Source: Eledone cirrhosa (lineage: Eukaryota). Taken from it: 64,000 nucleotides of DNA. A program made the position numbers and the translations under genes. This document shows positions 1 to 64,000 of this stretch, one piece after another. The stretch covers positions 368,652,001-368,716,000 of the forward strand of contig OZ024741.1 in the NCBI GenBank assembly GCA_964016885.1, in the 5' to 3' direction. Below the pieces are notes generated by a model. It was not told the DNA's origin and did no database searches. It worked only from the letters and a program-made list of their open reading frames with translations. Numbering within the stretch: position 1 is the first letter of the stretch; each line of letters starts with the position of its first letter.

Positions 1-174
1 AAGCATTGATAGTTGTACCAGACTTGATTATGGGAACTGTTGTCTTAACAGCCTATTGAGTCTTGTTTATAAGTTTTTTTAATGAGTATCATTGCAGCAC
101 GAGTGAAGTCAGACCTTTACGCCTCATTTCCTGAAACAAGTTGTGTATCAACCAGGAAGAGGCAAATGACCCAG

Positions 175-490
175 TGACCATATCTCTATCAATGAGCTAC
201 TCAACATTACCAAGCTTAAACCAATCACATCAGTTATCAAGTCAAGAGTACTTAAACTGTATGGTCATATCAAAAGATCAACTCGTGGTGTAAGTTATGC
301 TTAGAAGGAAAGTTAGCCGGTAAGAGAAGCAAGGGTCGACAGCCAAAACACTGGCACGATGTCAACTTATGGACTGGACTTGACCTTTGCTCTTTAAACT
401 CTGCTGTTGGTAATTGAACTTTGTGGAGAAGAATATCTCATGTTGATGTGCAGTCTGCAAAAGGCAGAGTGAGCATCTAGGAAGAAGGAA
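175..490 (+). mobile_element. Degraded RTE/BovB-like LINE 3' fragment
   Basis: Translates with frameshift/stop to IKSRVLKLYGHIKR...LEGKLAGKRSKGRQPKHW...WTG. Confidence 0.7.
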
Positions 491-1376
491 GACTTTTCAC
501 ATTAAACTTGAGTTTCAGCTTCCAGTAAATACATTTTACATGTACTGGGTACTTTATTCTACTTGTTTCATACACCAATGTGTGTGTATGCACACACATA
601 TTTGAATAAATAAAGAACAGGTTTTATTTAAACATGTTATATAGAAAACATAACTGTGCTCAAGTTTGATATTTATTATTAAGTATGTTTCATATCGTAT
701 TAGATTTCTGTTTGATTTGGAATAGTATCATTCCTAGATCTATAAGTCTACTAATGATTTGAGACCTTCACAGTCCTAACTTCAGACTGGTAGTGTTAGT
801 GGTGTATTGTTGTGATGCAAAGCATCACAAGCGTATTAGTAAAATCACGGACACTAGATATAAAAATTAATCAGTGATGATTATTTTAACCTGCTGGTGA
901 CCCCCAAATGTATAGTTCTAAATCTAATCTTGTGCAGTAACTTTACATTTTGTGCCAAATACTACATGTGTATGCATGCTAAATGATGGTTAAAAGGCTT
1001 AAAGCATTCATAAAATATTAAAAATAGCCATTACAAATGTTTCTTAGATCCAGAGAATATCAATCATTGTTATATTGACATATTTTGATATAGGGTGGTG
1101 GATTGGCAGTATCATTAGAGGGTCGGACACCATGATTTGCAGCATGGAACTATGCACAGAGCAGTTTTTCGATAATTGTTGCAATGTTTAAAAATATTAG
1201 TCAATGAGCAAAGGTATTTTCCTCACCACATAATGTATTGAGCATAAAATTACTCAAGTATTTTAGCACTAGCTTAACCCATGAGCATTTTCATAACTCT
1301 ATATTTACTACACATGCTTCCCGAAATACGCCAAAACTACACCTGATGTACCCCTTCATACACATGCACACGTGTG

Positions 1377-1625
1377 TATCATGACTCGTGCACTGTTCAT
1401 TTTACTGATGTTTGTGCATTGCCTATGTACTGTACATGCACTTTTTGATGAGTTGTGGTGCACCTGGGCACTGTACACAATATTTCATTATTATTATTAT
1501 TATATCATGACTCATACACTGTTCATTTTCCTGACATTTGTATATTATTCTATGTACTATACATGCACCTTTGATGACTTGTAGTGCACCTGAGCACTGT
1601 ACACAATTTCCTTATTATTATTATA
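1377..1625. repeat. Tandem duplication of a ~125-bp unit ending in (ATT)n
   Basis: tatcatgactc...gcactgtacacaat...attattatt occurs twice. Confidence 0.8.
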
Positions 1626-1631
1626 TTATAT

Positions 1632-1774
1632 ATAATATCGAATCTGAGATTTTGATATTTATTTTGAGAGCAATACCTTAACATCAGTATGAGGGGCTGG
1701 TTACAGCCAGTTTGAACAGAAAGAGGTGAGAGAATTCTGGCCGGATACGGCTGGTTTAAATGTTAAAGGGTTAA
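1632..1774 (+). mobile_element. piggyBac-type MITE family A, partial copy
   Basis: Matches 3' half of 41501-41713; ends aaagggTTAA. Confidence 0.75.
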
Positions 1775-3762
1775 TCAAATTTGTTATGGTTAAAAAGCAA
1801 TAAGATGTTAAATTTCATCTTCACTCAATTCACATTGCTAACATCACAGTTTTGTCATCCTAGCAGTCGAATATTAGATTATGGAACTTTTAACATTCTA
1901 TAATAATTTATAAGAAAATTTCCTTAAAAAATGAGTTTAATTCAAAAAAATTATAGTATCTTTACTAGAGGATAGATCATTGTGAAAATTTGCAGTATTA
2001 GAGATTTATTTTTAATGTGATGTAGTCATAATGTTATATTGTATTTTTCAAATGTTTATAGTATCTTTAAAAGTGGACAGATTTGCAGTGTAAAAATTTG
2101 CAGCATTGAACTAATAAGCCTAATTTTTAATATGACACAGCCAAAGTGCTGTTTTGCACTTTCCAATGGTTCTATTTCCTTCATTACTGTATTTGTCTGA
2201 GTGCTTCAGTTAATTTTGAAAATGACTAAATACTTAGAATTAGATGAACTAAATTTTTCATTAGTAAGTTATTTATAACATTACTTAAACATTTCTAAAA
2301 TATAATTATGATGGAAGGTCTTAATATCAGGATAAATATTTTAAGATAGGTAGTTTTGAATCATGGAACCAGGGGCAGTTTCAGGCAGTTTGGTAGCAAA
2401 GAGGACAAAGACTCTTTCCATGTCATTCAATCCTGCATACTATTTCAGGAAGATTGTACTGAGTATTTTAATGTTCATTAAAAAAAGGTTTAAACAACAT
2501 GCAACATATACAAATTCAAAATTAATTTCAGTTTTTATTTACTCTTTATTATACAAAAAAAAAAAAAAAAAAAAAATGAAGTTAAACAGTTTCTATCAAA
2601 TCTTTGTTTCTTTGATATCTTACACAAACAGTAGAATACATGCGAGAAAACAAGCAAGACAAACAATAAAACACAACTGAATAACTGAGTTAAGGCAATT
2701 ATTTTTTAGTTCAAGACTTGTTCCTGTAGCAGATGAACAATGAAGAGTTAGTATTATGTTGTTAAATATTTTGGCATATTGTGGATAGTAACTAAATTGT
2801 CATTTAGGTTAGTCTGTGAAGCAATGTATTGACTGAAGAAATGAGGTAACCAGTACATGAGTTATCTTAACTGTCATGGTAAAACAGTATCAACAGAGTT
2901 AAACGATACAAATAGAAAACAACAGGGTTATTATTCACGAGAAGTTGAAATTGAAGTGTTAATATTTTCAAACTAAGATAAGAAAATTAAATTATTGCTT
3001 TTCACAATGTTAAAAATCATGTCAATAATACATGTTGAATTTAAACAATGGATCCTTTATTTCTAAACCTAGTCCTTCTCCTTTATAATATATAATACTA
3101 GGATTGGCTACCTCTAGGAGAAAGACAATATAATACATGTAATAATATATATTTTTTATTGAGGAAATTGACGGTATAATTACTCATAAATGGACCAGTT
3201 TCTTGTCAGTTGAGAACTATCAAATTGTCTAATGATTCTACACCGAGATGAAACTGGTCAGTCACTGTGAGGAATGTTAACTTCATTTCCCTTCAATAAA
3301 ATATATTGTACACATAAAATTAATACAATTTTGAAAACCAAAAGAAACACATTTCAAAAATTTTTCTTAAAAAAATAATTATACTTAATTTTACAAAAAA
3401 AAACAAACAAACAAAAAAAAAAAATCTTTGCACCTTTGAAATTTGAGAATTTAAAGAAAAAGAAAATTAAAGCCAGGTCGCTTGAAAATACCAGATGAAT
3501 CTCTTCAAATTATAAAACAAATTAATGTCTGGATCAACATTAGGCAAGATTTTGGATTGGGTATAAGACATTTACAACAGATCCAAACCCTGATTCAGGA
3601 ATAATCAGTTATTAATATTAATGTTTTAAGTGACTTCACTTTGACAATTAAAAACGATCCTCAAAAGAAATAATTTAGGGATTTATCAAAATAGTGATTT
3701 GATTGTGATTGAAATTTGGGGTGAATGAAGTATTTAACCAAAGATCATTTTTTTTTTGACAA

Positions 3763-3925
3763 AGAGAGAGATAAGGTAGAGAGAGTAAGAGAGGAAGAGA
3801 GAGGAAAGAGATAGGAGAGAGAGGGAGAGAGAGGGAGAGAGAGGGAGAGAGAGGGAGGGAGGGAGAGAGGGAGAGAAGGGAAAGAGAGGGAGAGAAGGGA
3901 AAGAGAGAAAGGGAGAGAAAGAGAC
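3763..3925. repeat. GA/GGGA purine tract in probable 3' UTR
   Basis: Seen directly. Confidence 0.9.
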
Positions 3926-4159
3926 ACGTAAATGGAATTCTAAAAAACTCAAATATTTGTAAAAAAAAAAAAAAATAAATAGACTATAAGGTGCACAAGG
4001 CTTATTTAGACTGTTGCTTCAAATATGATAAAAATCAAAATATGACAGTTCTGTCCCTGTTAGCAAAAAAATAAAAATCTGGTCATAAAACTGTACAGCA
4101 GTTACTGGAAGATGAGCAGGGGGTATGAATAGCCAGGAACACAGCTTCAATGTGATGAG

Positions 4160-63774
<59,615 letters not shown>

Positions 63775-64000
63775 CTAATTATCAAATATGTAATTACGTA
63801 TATGTGTGAAAAAGACAGAGAAAATGCCTTACAAAGAGGATAAAAGAGAGAGAGTGTGAAAAAAATATAGAAAGTGTATGAGAAAGAGAGATAGTGAGAG
63901 CAAAGGAATGAGAGAGCATAAAAAAAAATCATTATAAAAATTATTTTCCATCAAAACCTTATTTGCACTCCCACAATACTACCTATCACAACTCTTCCCA

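Noticed and set aside
2530-3165. Poly(A) signals for the spectrin gene (minus-strand AATAAA at ~2534, 2545, 3056, 3155)
   Set aside because: Several candidates in AT-rich DNA; cannot choose without 3'-end data

Overview
Eukaryotic (animal) genomic DNA, AT-rich and dense in microsatellites. The repeat complement suggests an octopus/coleoid cephalopod, which is an inference. The window holds the 3' part of one large minus-strand gene, a beta-heavy spectrin (karst/SMA-1/SPTBN5-like). I traced 27 GT-AG exons with consistent phases from 63774 to the stop at 4160, about 1441 aa: ~9 spectrin repeats, a charged linker, a PH domain split by an 8.3-kb intron, a low-complexity tail, an obligatory 20-nt microexon and a basic KKKGFFKFGKKK end. 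The introns contain young RTE-clade LINEs with a C4HC3 PHD-like finger inside the RT region, each sitting in a (TA)n tract. They also contain a SINE sharing the RTE tail, tandem arrays of another tRNA-like SINE, piggyBac-, hAT- and pogo-type MITEs, a dead mariner, a 1.8-kb minisatellite and several foldbacks. The least expected signal is a set of minimal type-I hammerhead ribozyme motifs of the Penelope-like-element kind. Three carry a compensatory U3-A8 core, two of these form the arms of a 240-bp foldback, and their orientation relative to the host transcript looks biased. Most ORFs in the supplied track are microsatellite or antisense artefacts. Coordinates were counted by hand and repeat boundaries are approximate.
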